A stretch of DNA of 61,729 nucleotides, the filler included. It is 3 parts of 3 records of this genome, joined end to end, with 100 filler letters (N's around TTAATTAATTAA, not from the genome) between each part and the next. Parts side by side here need not be neighbours in the genome. Positions count along the whole stretch, not along the records: positions 26,219 to 41,389 come from SRR31156797_1945; positions 41,490 to 61,729 come from SRR31156797_1949; 1 more part is not named here. One strand, given 5' to 3'. Made by a program: the position numbers and the translations under genes. Shown piece by piece: positions 37,123 to 47,768 of this stretch (within the stretch, counting starts at the first letter, position 1; each line of letters begins with the position of its first letter). Under the pieces are notes generated by a model. That model ran no database searches and was not told the origin of the DNA. It saw only the letters and a program-made list of their open reading frames with translations.

Positions 37123-38890
37123 ATTCATCACCTCCAAGTTGTGACATGAAGATATCTTTATAAATTTTACTTGATTCCATTAACTCTTCATGAGTACCGG
37201 AAGATTCGATTTCCCCTTGATTAAGCACTAATATATTATCTGCTTCCAGTACTGAACTGATTCTCTGTGCGATAACGATACTAGTTCTGTCTTTCATGAT
37301 TACTTTTAATTCATCTTGAATTTTGCTTTCAGTTTCAGCATCAACAGCACTGGTTGTATCATCTAATATCAATATTTTTGGTTTAGTTATTAATGCTCTT
37401 GCAATTGCAACTCTTTGTTTCTGACCTCCGGATAGATTAACTCCACGTTGCCCAAGCTCAGTGTCATATTTATCAGGAAAACTCATAATGAAATCATGTG
37501 CCTGTGCTGCTTTTGCAGCATTTATAATCTCCTCTTCTGTAGCATCAGGTTTTCCAAATGCGATATTATCTTTGATAGAACCTGTAAACAGGATATTTTT
37601 CTGCAAGACAGTACCTATTTGACTTCTTAGGTTTTTCATATCGAAATCCCTGATACTTCTATTATCAATATAAATATCACCTTTGTTTAAGTCAAAAAAA
37701 CGAGGAATTAAACTGATTAGAGTTGATTTACCTGAACCAGTTGCTCCGAGTATTGCAGTAGTAGTACCTGCTTCTATCTCAAAATTAAGATTTTTTAATA
37801 CCGCTTCACATTCGTTAGTTTCTTCATATTCAAAGCTTACGTTTTCGAATGTGATTTTACCATGTTTTATATTATCAATGTGATCAATATCTATATTCAG
37901 ACTTTTAAGAAGTTCAGCTTCATCTAATTCGGATTCTAAGTCTAAAACTTCCGCAACTCTATTTATTGAAGCACTACTTCGTGATCCCATAACCAGCATC
38001 ATTGCAAATGTCATAAGAGCCTGTAGTAGCATCATAAGATAATTGGTAAAAGCGATAATCTGACCTATTTTCAAAGTTCCACTATTAACAGAATGCCCAC
38101 CGAAATATAAAACAGCTACAATTCCGAAATTAAGTATAAGCATAACCAGAGGCATCTCAACTGCAACTATTCTGGATGCTTCCACTATTTTTTTCATGAA
38201 ACTCTCGTTAACTTTTTGAAGTCTTTCGTTTTCAAATTTTCCTCTAACAAATGCTTTTACTGCTCTCATTCCTGCCAAATTTTCTTGAATAACCTTATTT
38301 ACGTTATCAAGTTCATTTTGTACCTGCATAAATTTAGGGAAAGTGATAGACAGAATTATTACAAGAGACAGCACAACAAGCGGTGTAACTACAGCTAAAA
38401 CAATAGATAATTTCAGACTGGTAATTGTAGCCATAAGCAGACTTCCTACAAGTAAAAGTGGTGCTCTAACCATCAGTCTCAGAGTCATCATTATTATATT
38501 TTGTATCTGATTGATATCATTGGTAAGCCTCGTGATAATATGTCCGGTGGTTAGTTTATCCAGGTCGTAAAATGATAAAGACTGTACTTTTTTGAATAAT
38601 GCTTCTCTAATATCAGCTCCGGCTTTCATAGCAACTTTGGCTGAAAAAGTCGCACAAAATACTCCTCCAAACCAACCGATTATAGCGATAATAAGCATTA
38701 TTTCACCATTTTGGACTACAAACTCTGCTCTTCCTTCTACTATACCTATATCTACAGCTCTTTTCATAAGCATTGGCTGAGTTAAATCCATCATTACTTC
38801 CAGTAGCATAAATAAAGGAGCTAAAACAACATATTTCAAATACGGCTTTAGATATGGCAGGAGTTTATTGATTCTTATTTTTTGTTTCAT
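37109..38890 (-). CDS. Heterodimeric ABC exporter subunit (TM287-like, degenerate site)
   Basis: GATGSGKST, LSGGQ, ILDDTTS (D for E), IAQR (Q for H). Confidence 0.93.
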   Translation of the reverse strand: MKQKIRINKLLPYLKPYLKYVVLAPLFMLLEVMMDLTQPMLMKRAVDIGIVEGRAEFVVQNGEIMLIIAIIGWFGGVFCATFSAKVAMKAGADIREALFKKVQSLSFYDLDKLTTGHIITRLTNDINQIQNIIMMTLRLMVRAPLLLVGSLLMATITSLKLSIVLAVVTPLVVLSLVIILSITFPKFMQVQNELDNVNKVIQENLAGMRAVKAFVRGKFENERLQKVNESFMKKIVEASRIVAVEMPLVMLILNFGIVAVLYFGGHSVNSGTLKIGQIIAFTNYLMMLLQALMTFAMMLVMGSRSSASINRVAEVLDLESELDEAELLKSLNIDIDHIDNIKHGKITFENVSFEYEETNECEAVLKNLNFEIEAGTTTAILGATGSGKSTLISLIPRFFDLNKGDIYIDNRSIRDFDMKNLRSQIGTVLQKNILFTGSIKDNIAFGKPDATEEEIINAAKAAQAHDFIMSFPDKYDTELGQRGVNLSGGQKQRVAIARALITKPKILILDDTTSAVDAETESKIQDELKVIMKDRTSIVIAQRISSVLEADNILVLNQGEIESSGTHEELMESSKIYKDIFMSQLGGDEYVSE

Positions 38891-38934
38891 GATTTTCTCC
38901 TAATTTAAAATAAAATATTAAAAAAGTTTGCCGG

Positions 38935-39366
38935 CTAATCTTCTAAATTGTCATACATCTGCATAAATACTCTTTTAAGTATGATTTTTTCTTCAAAACT
39001 TATGTTTACAAATGTTTTTTCTCCGATCTCTTTCATGACTTCTCTTAACTTAGACTCAATTTCTTTACCTTTATCAGTTAGATAAACTCTCATAACTCTT
39101 TTATCATTTTCATCATTTTTACGTGTAATAAAACCTGACTTTTCCATTCTTTGGATCATTTTCGTTACTGTAGAAGCTTGAATTTTCATAACTTCAGCTA
39201 TCTCTTTTTGTGTTTTTCCATCTTTTTCATATAGAGTAAAAAGTATAGGTGGTTGCCCCCTGTAAAGACCTAACTGCTCTAATTTTTCTCTTCTTTTATG
39301 ATGTAATTTCTTAATTAGTTCGTGAAATAGTTTTTCTATAGGCATATCGCTTACATCTTTTGTCAT
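38935..39366 (-). CDS. MarR family transcriptional regulator
   Basis: GLYRGQPPIL, TQKEIA, STVT.MIQRME, DKR…VYLT.KG. Confidence 0.93.
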   Translation of the reverse strand: MTKDVSDMPIEKLFHELIKKLHHKRREKLEQLGLYRGQPPILFTLYEKDGKTQKEIAEVMKIQASTVTKMIQRMEKSGFITRKNDENDKRVMRVYLTDKGKEIESKLREVMKEIGEKTFVNISFEEKIILKRVFMQMYDNLED

Positions 39367-39398
39367 TTTTCCTCCTTTTGAAAACTCTCAAAATAAAT

Positions 39399-39449
39399 AT
39401 TTGGTCGGCTAACTAATTTAAGTTTAACATTTTATTTCTGAATTATCAA
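39399..39449 (-). promoter_or_regulatory. marR-ABC promoter and candidate MarR operator
   Basis: TTGATA-17-TAAACT; imperfect palindrome ttagttagccgaccaa just downstream. Confidence 0.55.
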
Positions 39450-39466
39450 GATAAAATTCGTGAAAT

Positions 39467-39500
39467 AAAAAAATCCCTCTCCGTTTGAAATTAGAGAGGG
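39467..39500 (-). terminator. Intrinsic terminator
   Basis: ccctctc…gagaggg followed by a U-tract on the minus strand. Confidence 0.65.
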
Positions 39501-39512
39501 GCTTGCATATTT

Positions 39513-40403
39513 TTATTTAATATATTTGTTTTCATCGCCTTGTTTGTACCAATATTTTTTATTTCTGATTATTCGTTTACTCTCTTCACTTAATAAGGGA
39601 TTATCAAGCTCAAAAATAGTTCTGTTAGGCATATCAACAAGCTTAAACATCTCAATAATTTGTGGATGTGTATAGAAAAATTTATCAAACTCCCCACTGT
39701 CAATTAGCTCGTTTAGGATACTTTCAATCTGTCTGGCCAGCTCAGTTTTATTTTTGTTAACGAAAAAATATATTGGAGCCGGATATCTTAGCATTAGATT
39801 TTTTTCGACAACTAAGCTATTTTTACCATAGTTTATTATCTCCTGCCAGGGTTCGCTTATTCCACGGGGAAAATAGTCAAATCTTCCAGCCATAAGCATG
39901 GTAAATAAATTCTCATAATGTGGGCCTGTTGCTACATTCATTTTATTTGCTCTTAGAATAGTTGTATCCGGCCAGTCATGCTCCTGTCCGGCAAATAGAG
40001 TTCTGAGCTGATCAAAGTTTTGGATTTCGTTAAACATCTCTATATCGCTTTTTTTGATAATAAAAACTCTATGTCCAAGCAGTCCTTTTATTAATGGAAT
40101 TCTGATAGGTAGAAGCTCTTCTTCTCTTTCAATTGATGTCATAGTCCAAAGAAGATTGATATCTCTATTCATTTTTAGTTCAGCGATAATTCTGGCTTGG
40201 GAAATATTACCTGTCATAGCTTCGAGTTCGTAGCTATTACTTTTCTTGTTAATTTTATCAAAAATAAGATCAACTAAATCAACATAATAATTATTTCTTT
40301 TATCTGTTTCTGATTTTGCTGCGATAAATTTTATTTTACTTTTAGCTTCAGTATATGAAATTAAAAGGAAAAATATATTTATTAAAACTATGAGTTTTTT
40401 CAT
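39513..40403 (-). CDS. Orphan substrate-binding-protein-like exported protein
   Basis: Signal peptide, REEELLPIRIPL.KGLLG.R, WPDT.IL, GRFDYFPRG. Confidence 0.7.
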   Translation of the reverse strand: MKKLIVLINIFFLLISYTEAKSKIKFIAAKSETDKRNNYYVDLVDLIFDKINKKSNSYELEAMTGNISQARIIAELKMNRDINLLWTMTSIEREEELLPIRIPLIKGLLGHRVFIIKKSDIEMFNEIQNFDQLRTLFAGQEHDWPDTTILRANKMNVATGPHYENLFTMLMAGRFDYFPRGISEPWQEIINYGKNSLVVEKNLMLRYPAPIYFFVNKNKTELARQIESILNELIDSGEFDKFFYTHPQIIEMFKLVDMPNRTIFELDNPLLSEESKRIIRNKKYWYKQGDENKYIK

Positions 40404-40541
40404 ATAACGCTCCTTATCTTTTAACAGTTTCTTTATATTATTATAATATATAAAATAAATTCTTCAAATGAATAAATAAGTTGTATAATAGAATTATACG
40501 TTAATAAAGAATTTTATTTATGTGATTAAAGGGAGGTTGAG

Positions 40542-41273
40542 ATGAAACGAAGCTTTTTGTTTCTTTATATATTGTTAGTTAGTTCTGTTTTTGCTGAGAA
40601 AATTATCTTGCAAACAGAGTTTTATAAAGGTTTTGATCCGGTATTCTTTGAAGAAGATAATATTATTAAAGGTTATGGAGTAGATGTGATAAAAGAAATA
40701 AATCAAAGGTCAGATTTACTTGAAATTAAGTATGAAAATATTCTGATTCCTTTAAATAGAGTTAAAAGTGACCTTGAGACAGGCAGCATAGATTTAGTAA
40801 TTTTTTTAGCTAAAAATTCTGAAAGAGAGAAAATCTATGATTATTTATCAGTTTCATGGTATGACCTGAATACTTCTCTTTATACTTACTCGTATAATTC
40901 TGATAAATTTATAGATTTAAATGAGATAAGTAAAAAAGAGAGAATCCTGGGAGTATTAGGTTCAAATTCAGTGAAAATAGCTAAAAATAAAGGTTTTACA
41001 GTAGATACCGCTGTAGATTTTGAGTCAGTATATATGAAATTTCTAACTAAACGATGGAAATATTTTGTGCATGTAAATGTGATAGCAGAATCATTTTTGG
41101 CAAAACAAAATAAAAGTGAAGAGATATTTGAAAGTGTAGTTTTGGAAACAAATTCTCACTTTACGGTTCTTAAAAAAGGTTCGGGTATTAAAATAAAAAG
41201 AGAGCTTGAAAGAATTGTTCGTGAAATAAAAGCAGATGGAACAGTTGATAAATTATTAAAAAAATATTATTAA
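40542..41273 (+). CDS. Orphan family 3-like substrate-binding protein
   Basis: Signal peptide, G..VD, L.TG.ID, KN.ERE, DGTVDKLLKKY. Confidence 0.75.
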   Translation: MKRSFLFLYILLVSSVFAEKIILQTEFYKGFDPVFFEEDNIIKGYGVDVIKEINQRSDLLEIKYENILIPLNRVKSDLETGSIDLVIFLAKNSEREKIYDYLSVSWYDLNTSLYTYSYNSDKFIDLNEISKKERILGVLGSNSVKIAKNKGFTVDTAVDFESVYMKFLTKRWKYFVHVNVIAESFLAKQNKSEEIFESVVLETNSHFTVLKKGSGIKIKRELERIVREIKADGTVDKLLKKYY

Positions 41274-41314
41274 TTTTAGATATAATGAACTGTAAAAATA
41301 ATAGTATAGCAAAT

Positions 41315-41360
41315 AAAAAAATAACTTGGAATCATTTTATCGATTCCAAGTTATTTTTTT
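41315..41360. terminator. Bidirectional intrinsic terminator
   Basis: A-tract ataacttggaatc…gattccaagttat T-tract. Confidence 0.8.
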
Positions 41361-41389
41361 AGATTATAATGATGTGCGTAAATTTTGGC

Positions 41390-41489
41390 NNNNNNNNNNN
41401 NNNNNNNNNNNNNNNNNNNNNNNNNNNNNNNNNTTAATTAATTAANNNNNNNNNNNNNNNNNNNNNNNNNNNNNNNNNNNNNNNNNNNN
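41390..41489. other. Artificial contig linker
   Basis: 44 N + TTAATTAATTAA + 44 N. Confidence 0.99.
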
Positions 41490-43847
41490 GGAAACTGGTC
41501 GTTTGGTGATTACTTTAAAAAAGATGCCATCGACTGGGCCTGGGAACTTTTAACTGAAGTATATAAACTTCCTGTTGACAGAATGTATGCCTCTGTTTTT
41601 GAAGGTAGCAAAGAGGACAATCTGGATCGCGATAATGAAGCTGCAGGTTACTGGATGAAATATCTTCCTGAATCCCATATTATAAATGGAAACAAGAAAG
41701 ATAACTTTTGGGAAATGGGTGAGACAGGACCTTGCGGACCTTGTTCAGAAATCCACATTGATCTTAGAAGCGATGAAGAGAGAAAAATCACATCTGGTAG
41801 AGATCTTGTAAATATGGATCATCCTCAGGTGATTGAAATCTGGAATCTAGTATTCATGCAATTCAACCGTAAAGCAGATGGTTCTTTAGAAGCTCTTCCT
41901 CATCAGCATGTTGATACAGGAATGGGATTTGAGCGTTTGTGTATGGCAATGCAAGGTAAAACCTCGAACTACGATACTGATGTATTCCAACCAATTATTC
42001 AAGCCATTGCTAAAATGAGTGGCAAAGAATATGGTAAAGATGAAGAAATTGACATTGCACTACGTGTAATTGCCGATCATATTAGAACCATTGCTTTTGC
42101 TATTACCGATGGAACTTTACCATCGAACAACAAAGCTGGTTACGTAATTCGTAGAATTCTACGTAGAGCGGTTCGTTACGGATATACTTTCTTAGGATTT
42201 AAGGAGCCTTTCATGTATCGTTTGATTCCTGTAATGATTGAAGTAATGGGCAAACATTTCCCCGAGCTAATCAAGCAGCAAACTTTAATCGAGAAAGTGG
42301 TTAAGGAAGAAGAAAACTCTTTCCTTAGAACTTTGGAGAATGGTATTCGTTTGTTGGATCAAATTATTGAGAAGACAAAAGCAGACGATTTTAAAGTGGT
42401 ATCAGGTAAACTGGCTTTTGAATTGTATGATACCTACGGATTCCCATTGGATTTGACTGAATTGATCTTGAAAGAACAAGGTTTGGTTGTGAATCGTAAG
42501 GAATTCAATAAAGAGATGGAAGAGCAAAAGAACCGTTCTCGTTCTGCAACTTCTGTTGATACCGGTGACTGGGTTGAAATTTTAAAAGATGACGTAGAAG
42601 AGTTTATCGGTTACGATTACCTTTCAACTGATGTAAGAATTACCCGTTACAGAAAAATCACACAAAAAGGAAAAGATTTATTCCAATTGGTATTCAACAT
42701 TACACCTTTCTATGGTGAAAGTGGTGGACAAGTTGGAGACACTGGATATATTGAATCGAATGGAGAAAAAATCTCTATTGTCGATACCAAAAAGGAACAT
42801 GGTTTAATTGTTCATATTGCTAAACAATTACCAACCGATCCTACAGCTACATTTAAAGCTGCTGTGAGCAATAAAAACAGAACCTTAACTGCAAACAACC
42901 ATACAGCAACACACCTAATGCACCATGCACTTCGTGAAGTTTTGGGTGATCATGTTGAGCAAAAAGGTTCATTGGTAAATCCTGATCATTTGCGTTTTGA
43001 CTTCTCGCACTTCCAGAAAGTAAGCGAAGAAGAAATTGCAAAAGTGGAGGCAATCGTAAACCAAAAAATCAGAGAAAATATTGCTGTTGAGATAAAGAAC
43101 AACATTCCAATGACCGAAGCGGTAAATATGGGTGCTATGGCTTTATTTGGAGAGAAATATGGCGATTTGGTTCGTGTAGTAAAATATAACGATTCTGTTG
43201 AGTTGTGTGGTGGTACTCATGTTGATGCTACCGGACAAATTGGGCTCTTCAAAATAACATCAGAAGGTGCTATTTCGGCTGGTATTCGTCGTATCGAAGC
43301 TATAACTGCTGACAAGGCTGAAAATTATATCAACGATAAGTTGAACACTTTACGTAATATCGAAAAGATATTTAAATCAAGCCAAAACTTACTTAAGAAC
43401 ATTGAAGACATCATGTCTGAAAATTCAGGATTAAAGAAAGATTTGGATGGGTTCATGAAAGATCGTTTAAAGGTGATGAAAAATGATCTTAAAGGAAATG
43501 TATCAGTAACTAAAGGTGTGAACTTTATTACTGAAGCCTTAACTGTTTCAAGTGCCTCAGATTTAAAAGATATCGCATTCCAATTGAAAGGAGAAATTGA
43601 CAATTTGGTATTCATAACTGGTGCCGATTTGGGTGGAAAAGCAAATCTTACCATCATGTTCTCTGATAACTTAGTGAAAGAGTACGACCTGCATGCAGGA
43701 AGTATTGTTCGCGAAGCTGCCAAAGAAATCAAAGGTGGCGGAGGTGGACAACCATTCTTCGCATCAGCTGGTGGTAAAGATCCTAAAGGTTTGGACCAAG
43801 CTATTGAAGTTGCCAAGAAAATGGTACTACATAAAATTGAAGAGTAA
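41490..43847 (+). CDS. alaS: Alanine--tRNA ligase (5'-truncated by the contig edge)
   Basis: Frame open from 41490 ([10 protein letters not shown]); DNFWEMG…[32 protein letters not shown]. Confidence 0.98.
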   Translation, partial: GNWSFGDYFKKDAIDWAWELLTEVYKLPVDRMYASVFEGSKEDNLDRDNEAAGYWMKYLPESHIINGNKKDNFWEMGETGPCGPCSEIHIDLRSDEERKITSGRDLVNMDHPQVIEIWNLVFMQFNRKADGSLEALPHQHVDTGMGFERLCMAMQGKTSNYDTDVFQPIIQAIAKMSGKEYGKDEEIDIALRVIADHIRTIAFAITDGTLPSNNKAGYVIRRILRRAVRYGYTFLGFKEPFMYRLIPVMIEVMGKHFPELIKQQTLIEKVVKEEENSFLRTLENGIRLLDQIIEKTKADDFKVVSGKLAFELYDTYGFPLDLTELILKEQGLVVNRKEFNKEMEEQKNRSRSATSVDTGDWVEILKDDVEEFIGYDYLSTDVRITRYRKITQKGKDLFQLVFNITPFYGESGGQVGDTGYIESNGEKISIVDTKKEHGLIVHIAKQLPTDPTATFKAAVSNKNRTLTANNHTATHLMHHALREVLGDHVEQKGSLVNPDHLRFDFSHFQKVSEEEIAKVEAIVNQKIRENIAVEIKNNIPMTEAVNMGAMALFGEKYGDLVRVVKYNDSVELCGGTHVDATGQIGLFKITSEGAISAGIRRIEAITADKAENYINDKLNTLRNIEKIFKSSQNLLKNIEDIMSENSGLKKDLDGFMKDRLKVMKNDLKGNVSVTKGVNFITEALTVSSASDLKDIAFQLKGEIDNLVFITGADLGGKANLTIMFSDNLVKEYDLHAGSIVREAAKEIKGGGGGQPFFASAGGKDPKGLDQAIEVAKKMVLHKIEE

Positions 43848-43872
43848 TAACAGCTTTTAGCTCCAAGAATAG

Positions 43873-43904
43873 AAAACGCCAATTCAATTGAATTGGCGTT
43901 TTTT
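43873..43904. terminator. Bidirectional terminator
   Basis: aaaacgccaattca…tgaattggcg followed by T6. Confidence 0.85.
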
Positions 43905-43954
43905 CGATACCATCAGATACTCTCAATGTTAATTTGTTTTCTTTTATAAATAAT

Positions 43955-44740
43955 TTAAGGCTGCTGACTATAGGTATGCACACTAAACTGAGCAGATGGC
44001 AGATAATTTACTCCAAACCAACACACCATTAGTATCACAAATGCCAAAGCTAATATCCAAAGAGATGATACATATTTCGATGGCATTTGATATCGGCGAT
44101 GAATGTATACTAAATATCCCATCCAAGTAATGAATGCCCAGGTTTCTTTCGGATCCCAGGTCCAATAATGTCCCCAAGCCTCTTTTGCCCATAAAGCTCC
44201 AAATAACAAGCCTAAAGTAAGAAAGGCAAATCCCAGATAAACCAAATTGTCGGCAACAAACATTAAGTTCTTGTCAAACTTTTCCTTTTTAACCTGGTAT
44301 AATCCGTATATGGCAACCAATGTAGAAGCCGCGAGAAACGCATAGGAAATAATATATACTACCACATGAGGTACAAACCAAGGACTCTGCAAGGCTGGCA
44401 TTAAGGTTTTAGAAAAGTTCTCTGGGTGTAAATAGTTAATGAACAAAAATAACAGAGACATAAACAAGCAATAATAAAGCATCCAAAGATATCTCCATCT
44501 AAAGTAAGTAATCAAACCTATAATGGATACAAAAAGTGAATACCACAATCTTGTTTCTCCCAATGTTCTCAATGGTGGACGCTCCAAGCTAGTCCATAAA
44601 AAGCCGATGTAAACCGCCATGCTCAGTATGCCAATAAGAACCAGTGCATTTCTTATCACGTCCTTTTTAGGCACAAAAGCAGATAAAATCCAACTTGCAG
44701 AACTTACACCAGCTGTCAATAAAAAGTAATTCCAAATCAT
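43955..44740 (-). CDS. ccsA: System II cytochrome c synthase CcsA (nrf-associated)
   Basis: ALQSPWFVPHV, WAKEAWGHYWTWDPKETW (WWD domain), terminal HTY. Confidence 0.9.
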   Translation of the reverse strand: MIWNYFLLTAGVSSASWILSAFVPKKDVIRNALVLIGILSMAVYIGFLWTSLERPPLRTLGETRLWYSLFVSIIGLITYFRWRYLWMLYYCLFMSLLFLFINYLHPENFSKTLMPALQSPWFVPHVVVYIISYAFLAASTLVAIYGLYQVKKEKFDKNLMFVADNLVYLGFAFLTLGLLFGALWAKEAWGHYWTWDPKETWAFITWMGYLVYIHRRYQMPSKYVSSLWILALAFVILMVCWFGVNYLPSAQFSVHTYSQQP

Positions 44741-44744
44741 CTTT

Positions 44745-44803
44745 CTCAGTTTACAGTTATCAGTAAACAGTTATCAGTAGTATTACTGCTCACTGCTAAT
44801 TGT
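44745..44803. repeat. Opposed heptamer arrays at the ccsB/ccsA junction
   Basis: Five nnCAGTn units followed by three nnACTGn-like units. Confidence 0.65.
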
Positions 44804-46024
44804 TACTTTATTTCCACGCCAAAACATATAAATAGATCCTATCATCATCATGAAAATACCGATGTACACATAAATTTGCCAGGGATCTTTTACCACCTCT
44901 ACAACACTCAAAGTAGAATACTTACCCATTTTCTCGTCGTAACTTAATTGATAAATCTTCCATCCGTTTACGGTATGCGATTTATTTACTTCCAACACCT
45001 GATCTTCCTTCGTTCCATCGGGTGTATAAATAGTAACTTCCGATGAAAATTTCTTCGGTTCAGGAACCGTCATCAACAGAGAATAATCGTCGTTAATCTT
45101 TAATGATTCATGAGGTCGGTTAAAGCTTCCGCAGGATATCCATCCCGAAATGGTATCATTTGAATTGGAATATACCTGAACTTTAGCTGCAGGAGCCGCT
45201 CCCAAATCATGTAAAGAATAATACTTCTCTCCTGCTCTCCCCGATAACACCAGAAACTCATCAATCTTTACCGACCAATCGTGCAATTGACAAGTAAGTT
45301 CGTCTTCAATCATGATCATCGATGGCTTCGTAGGTTCATACAAATTACCGGTTGAATTCTCAACCACTGCCAACTTCGGATTAAACTCTTCAATGATAAA
45401 ATCGTTTAATTTTATAGCCAAAGGCAATTCATAGTAATTGCCCTTATCATCGTACGCTTTCCATTCTGTTTTATGCTCATGCAGATCCATTCTTAGGCGC
45501 ATTAAATCGCCCGAACCCAATCCCGCAGCAAATACAGTAATCCATAAACCCAAATGGCTACAAACAAAGCCCCAATTTTTCACTTTAAATGGAAAACTTT
45601 TACGGATAATTACAAAACCTAAAACAATCAACAAGTAGAAGTTGATTATAAGAAATGGCCAGGAAGTAGTCAGTTGATTCAAACTTAGTTTAGTTATCAA
45701 ATTCTCTTCTTGCATGGGTGCCTGGGGTAATATACCCATTATTATCACCAAAAAGGTGAGTGCTACAATTGCCCCAACAGAAGCAGGAATTCCCGATAAG
45801 AATTGAAACACCTTCGTTTTCCGAATAAAAAAGTATAGAGTAAATATTAGAACTATAAATCCACTACCCAATATCAAATTAACAGGATATCTGATTTGAG
45901 TTTCCGATGAACTATGAATGGTTATCTCTAATAAAAATCCAATAATCAATAATCCGAAAGCTAAAAGAAAAGCTTCGGCATAACTCCATGGCGCCTGCCA
46001 AAGTGGTTTAGTGGGTTTGTTCAT
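44783..46024 (-). CDS. Cytochrome c biogenesis ResB/CcsB-like protein
   Basis: N-terminal TMs with SHLG, LPLAIKLNDF, VN…GWKIYQLSY, DPW and C-terminal TM. Confidence 0.85.
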   Translation of the reverse strand: MNKPTKPLWQAPWSYAEAFLLAFGLLIIGFLLEITIHSSSETQIRYPVNLILGSGFIVLIFTLYFFIRKTKVFQFLSGIPASVGAIVALTFLVIIMGILPQAPMQEENLITKLSLNQLTTSWPFLIINFYLLIVLGFVIIRKSFPFKVKNWGFVCSHLGLWITVFAAGLGSGDLMRLRMDLHEHKTEWKAYDDKGNYYELPLAIKLNDFIIEEFNPKLAVVENSTGNLYEPTKPSMIMIEDELTCQLHDWSVKIDEFLVLSGRAGEKYYSLHDLGAAPAAKVQVYSNSNDTISGWISCGSFNRPHESLKINDDYSLLMTVPEPKKFSSEVTIYTPDGTKEDQVLEVNKSHTVNGWKIYQLSYDEKMGKYSTLSVVEVVKDPWQIYVYIGIFMMMIGSIYMFWRGNKVTISSEQ

Positions 46025-46176
46025 AAGTTCTTTTTTTACTACATGTTGCGTTAAGATCGTAACAATTTTTGAATTTTGGTAGTCTAAATGTAAAACTAAA
46101 CAGTATATATAATTCCTTTTCAGTTACTGAAAAAGGTCAAATTAATATCCTATAGTTATTCAGCAGTTTAGCTATT

Positions 46177-46211
46177 AAAAAATATGCCGCCCAAGTTTGG
46201 GCGGCATATTT
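46177..46211 (-). terminator. Terminator after nrfA
   Basis: aaatatgccgccca…tgggcggcatatt with a U-tract on the minus strand. Confidence 0.85.
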
Positions 46212-46234
46212 GAATCTATAATTTGAACTGTAAA

Positions 46235-47749
46235 TCAATATCTTTTTACCTGATAATTTGCTTCACGTTCTTTTGCTTTTTTATCCCACTCCGGAAGAAG
46301 ATTCTTCTTGAATGTTTCTTTTTCAGCATTTAGTTTATCCATATCTAAACCAATAAACTTCTGAGCTTTTGCTTTTGTAGCAATATCTGGGTAAGGAACT
46401 TCACTTGTAAAACCATACTTGTGGAAAACTCTTACCAAAGCAATACGAGCTTCCTGAGCACGTTCTACTCCTGTTGTAATAATACGTCCAGTTTCAGTTG
46501 GAGCGTGGAATGATCCTCCATGAGAAGCAGCTGCATAATCCCAACGCCATTGTGCGTGACGGATCATCATCAATATTGGCTTCATCTCTTTTTCAGTAGC
46601 TCCTAAATCCCAAGCTTTCTTAGCTTCAACGTGAGCACGTACCAATAATTCTTCAAGCTTATCACGATTTTCTATAATCTGGTCCTGACGAGTATAAACA
46701 TTCTCAATCAGCTTATCAGTTTCTTCACGGTGACACACCTGACACGAGTTAGCAACATTATTCAAAGGAGATTGAATATGGTGATCTGTAAATTTCTGTC
46801 CACCTTCTGATTTGTATGGCATATGACAATCAGCACAAGAAACACCGCGATCCGCATGAATACCTTTTAGGTAAACTTCGTATCCAGGATGCTGAGCTTT
46901 CAACATTGGAGCTTTACTTAACTTATGAGTCCAGTCTTTAAAGTCCATTTCATCATAATACTCTTCCATTTCTTCAACACCCATACCCTTATCCCAAGGT
47001 AATTGAACGAAAGCAGATCCCTTAACACGATTTTTGTTAAAGTAATACTCAACATGACACTGAGCACAAACTAATGAGCGCATTTCCTGATGAGTTGCTT
47101 TATTAATATCTTTTCCTTGACGCTCGAATGCTTCGATTAAATATGGACGAGAAATTCTCAGGTTCATGGTTTCTGCATCGTGACAGTCGGCACAACCAAT
47201 AGGATTAACCACTTCATGTCCTTTTGAAGACCATTTCCCTTTATAATATTCTGCAACCCCTATTTCGTTCATCAAACGAGGTACATCAGGAGATTTACAT
47301 GTCCAACAGGTTGATGGCATTGGTCCATCTTTATCACTAGTTGGTCCACCTGTTCTTAGTGTATTTCTTAAATCATCAACAGCATAATAGTGTCCACGCC
47401 CCTGATTGTAGTCTTTTGCAAAACCATAACCAGCCCAAAGAACTACTAAACGAGGATCAACTTCAAGCATATCGATCATTGCTCCACCATTAAACTTACT
47501 GCGGAACATTGTATCAGCAGTTTCATAGTAAGATTGAAATTCTCTTGGGAAATTTTCGCCCCAAACTTCATTACGTGGTTCCCACTGATCGTGCTTTACT
47601 TGTGGAGTATAGGCGTATACAGATTCTGCCCTTCTTTCCATAATTGATGAAGCTAACAATCCAAGTAGGAATACAACAACCAAAGTTACCAGGAAGATAA
47701 GCCAGCCCAACATTGGTTTTTTGCCTACAGATTCTTGTATTGGTTTCAT
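46235..47749 (-). CDS. nrfA: Ammonia-forming cytochrome c nitrite reductase
   Basis: CWTCK plus CADCH, CAQCH, CADCH and CQVCH; KAQHP, SHG, HAP. Confidence 0.98.
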   Translation of the reverse strand: MKPIQESVGKKPMLGWLIFLVTLVVVFLLGLLASSIMERRAESVYAYTPQVKHDQWEPRNEVWGENFPREFQSYYETADTMFRSKFNGGAMIDMLEVDPRLVVLWAGYGFAKDYNQGRGHYYAVDDLRNTLRTGGPTSDKDGPMPSTCWTCKSPDVPRLMNEIGVAEYYKGKWSSKGHEVVNPIGCADCHDAETMNLRISRPYLIEAFERQGKDINKATHQEMRSLVCAQCHVEYYFNKNRVKGSAFVQLPWDKGMGVEEMEEYYDEMDFKDWTHKLSKAPMLKAQHPGYEVYLKGIHADRGVSCADCHMPYKSEGGQKFTDHHIQSPLNNVANSCQVCHREETDKLIENVYTRQDQIIENRDKLEELLVRAHVEAKKAWDLGATEKEMKPILMMIRHAQWRWDYAAASHGGSFHAPTETGRIITTGVERAQEARIALVRVFHKYGFTSEVPYPDIATKAKAQKFIGLDMDKLNAEKETFKKNLLPEWDKKAKEREANYQVKRY

Positions 47750-47768
47750 AGTATATTTAGTTTAAGTT

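Noticed and set aside
37109-38890. Non-canonical Walker B and switch residues as a sign of inactivation
   Set aside because: Normal degenerate site of TM287/288-type heterodimeric exporters
26219-41389. Middle block as a horizontally acquired genomic island
   Set aside because: Its boundaries are the artificial linkers; no integrase or att sites are present
41490-41582. alaS lacking its N-terminus as a pseudogene
   Set aside because: The frame is open to the contig edge; truncation is an assembly boundary
43325-43882. 185-aa antisense ORF and the many other 60-150 aa overlapping ORFs
   Set aside because: Shadows of well-supported genes on the opposite strand or frame, with no recognisable motifs
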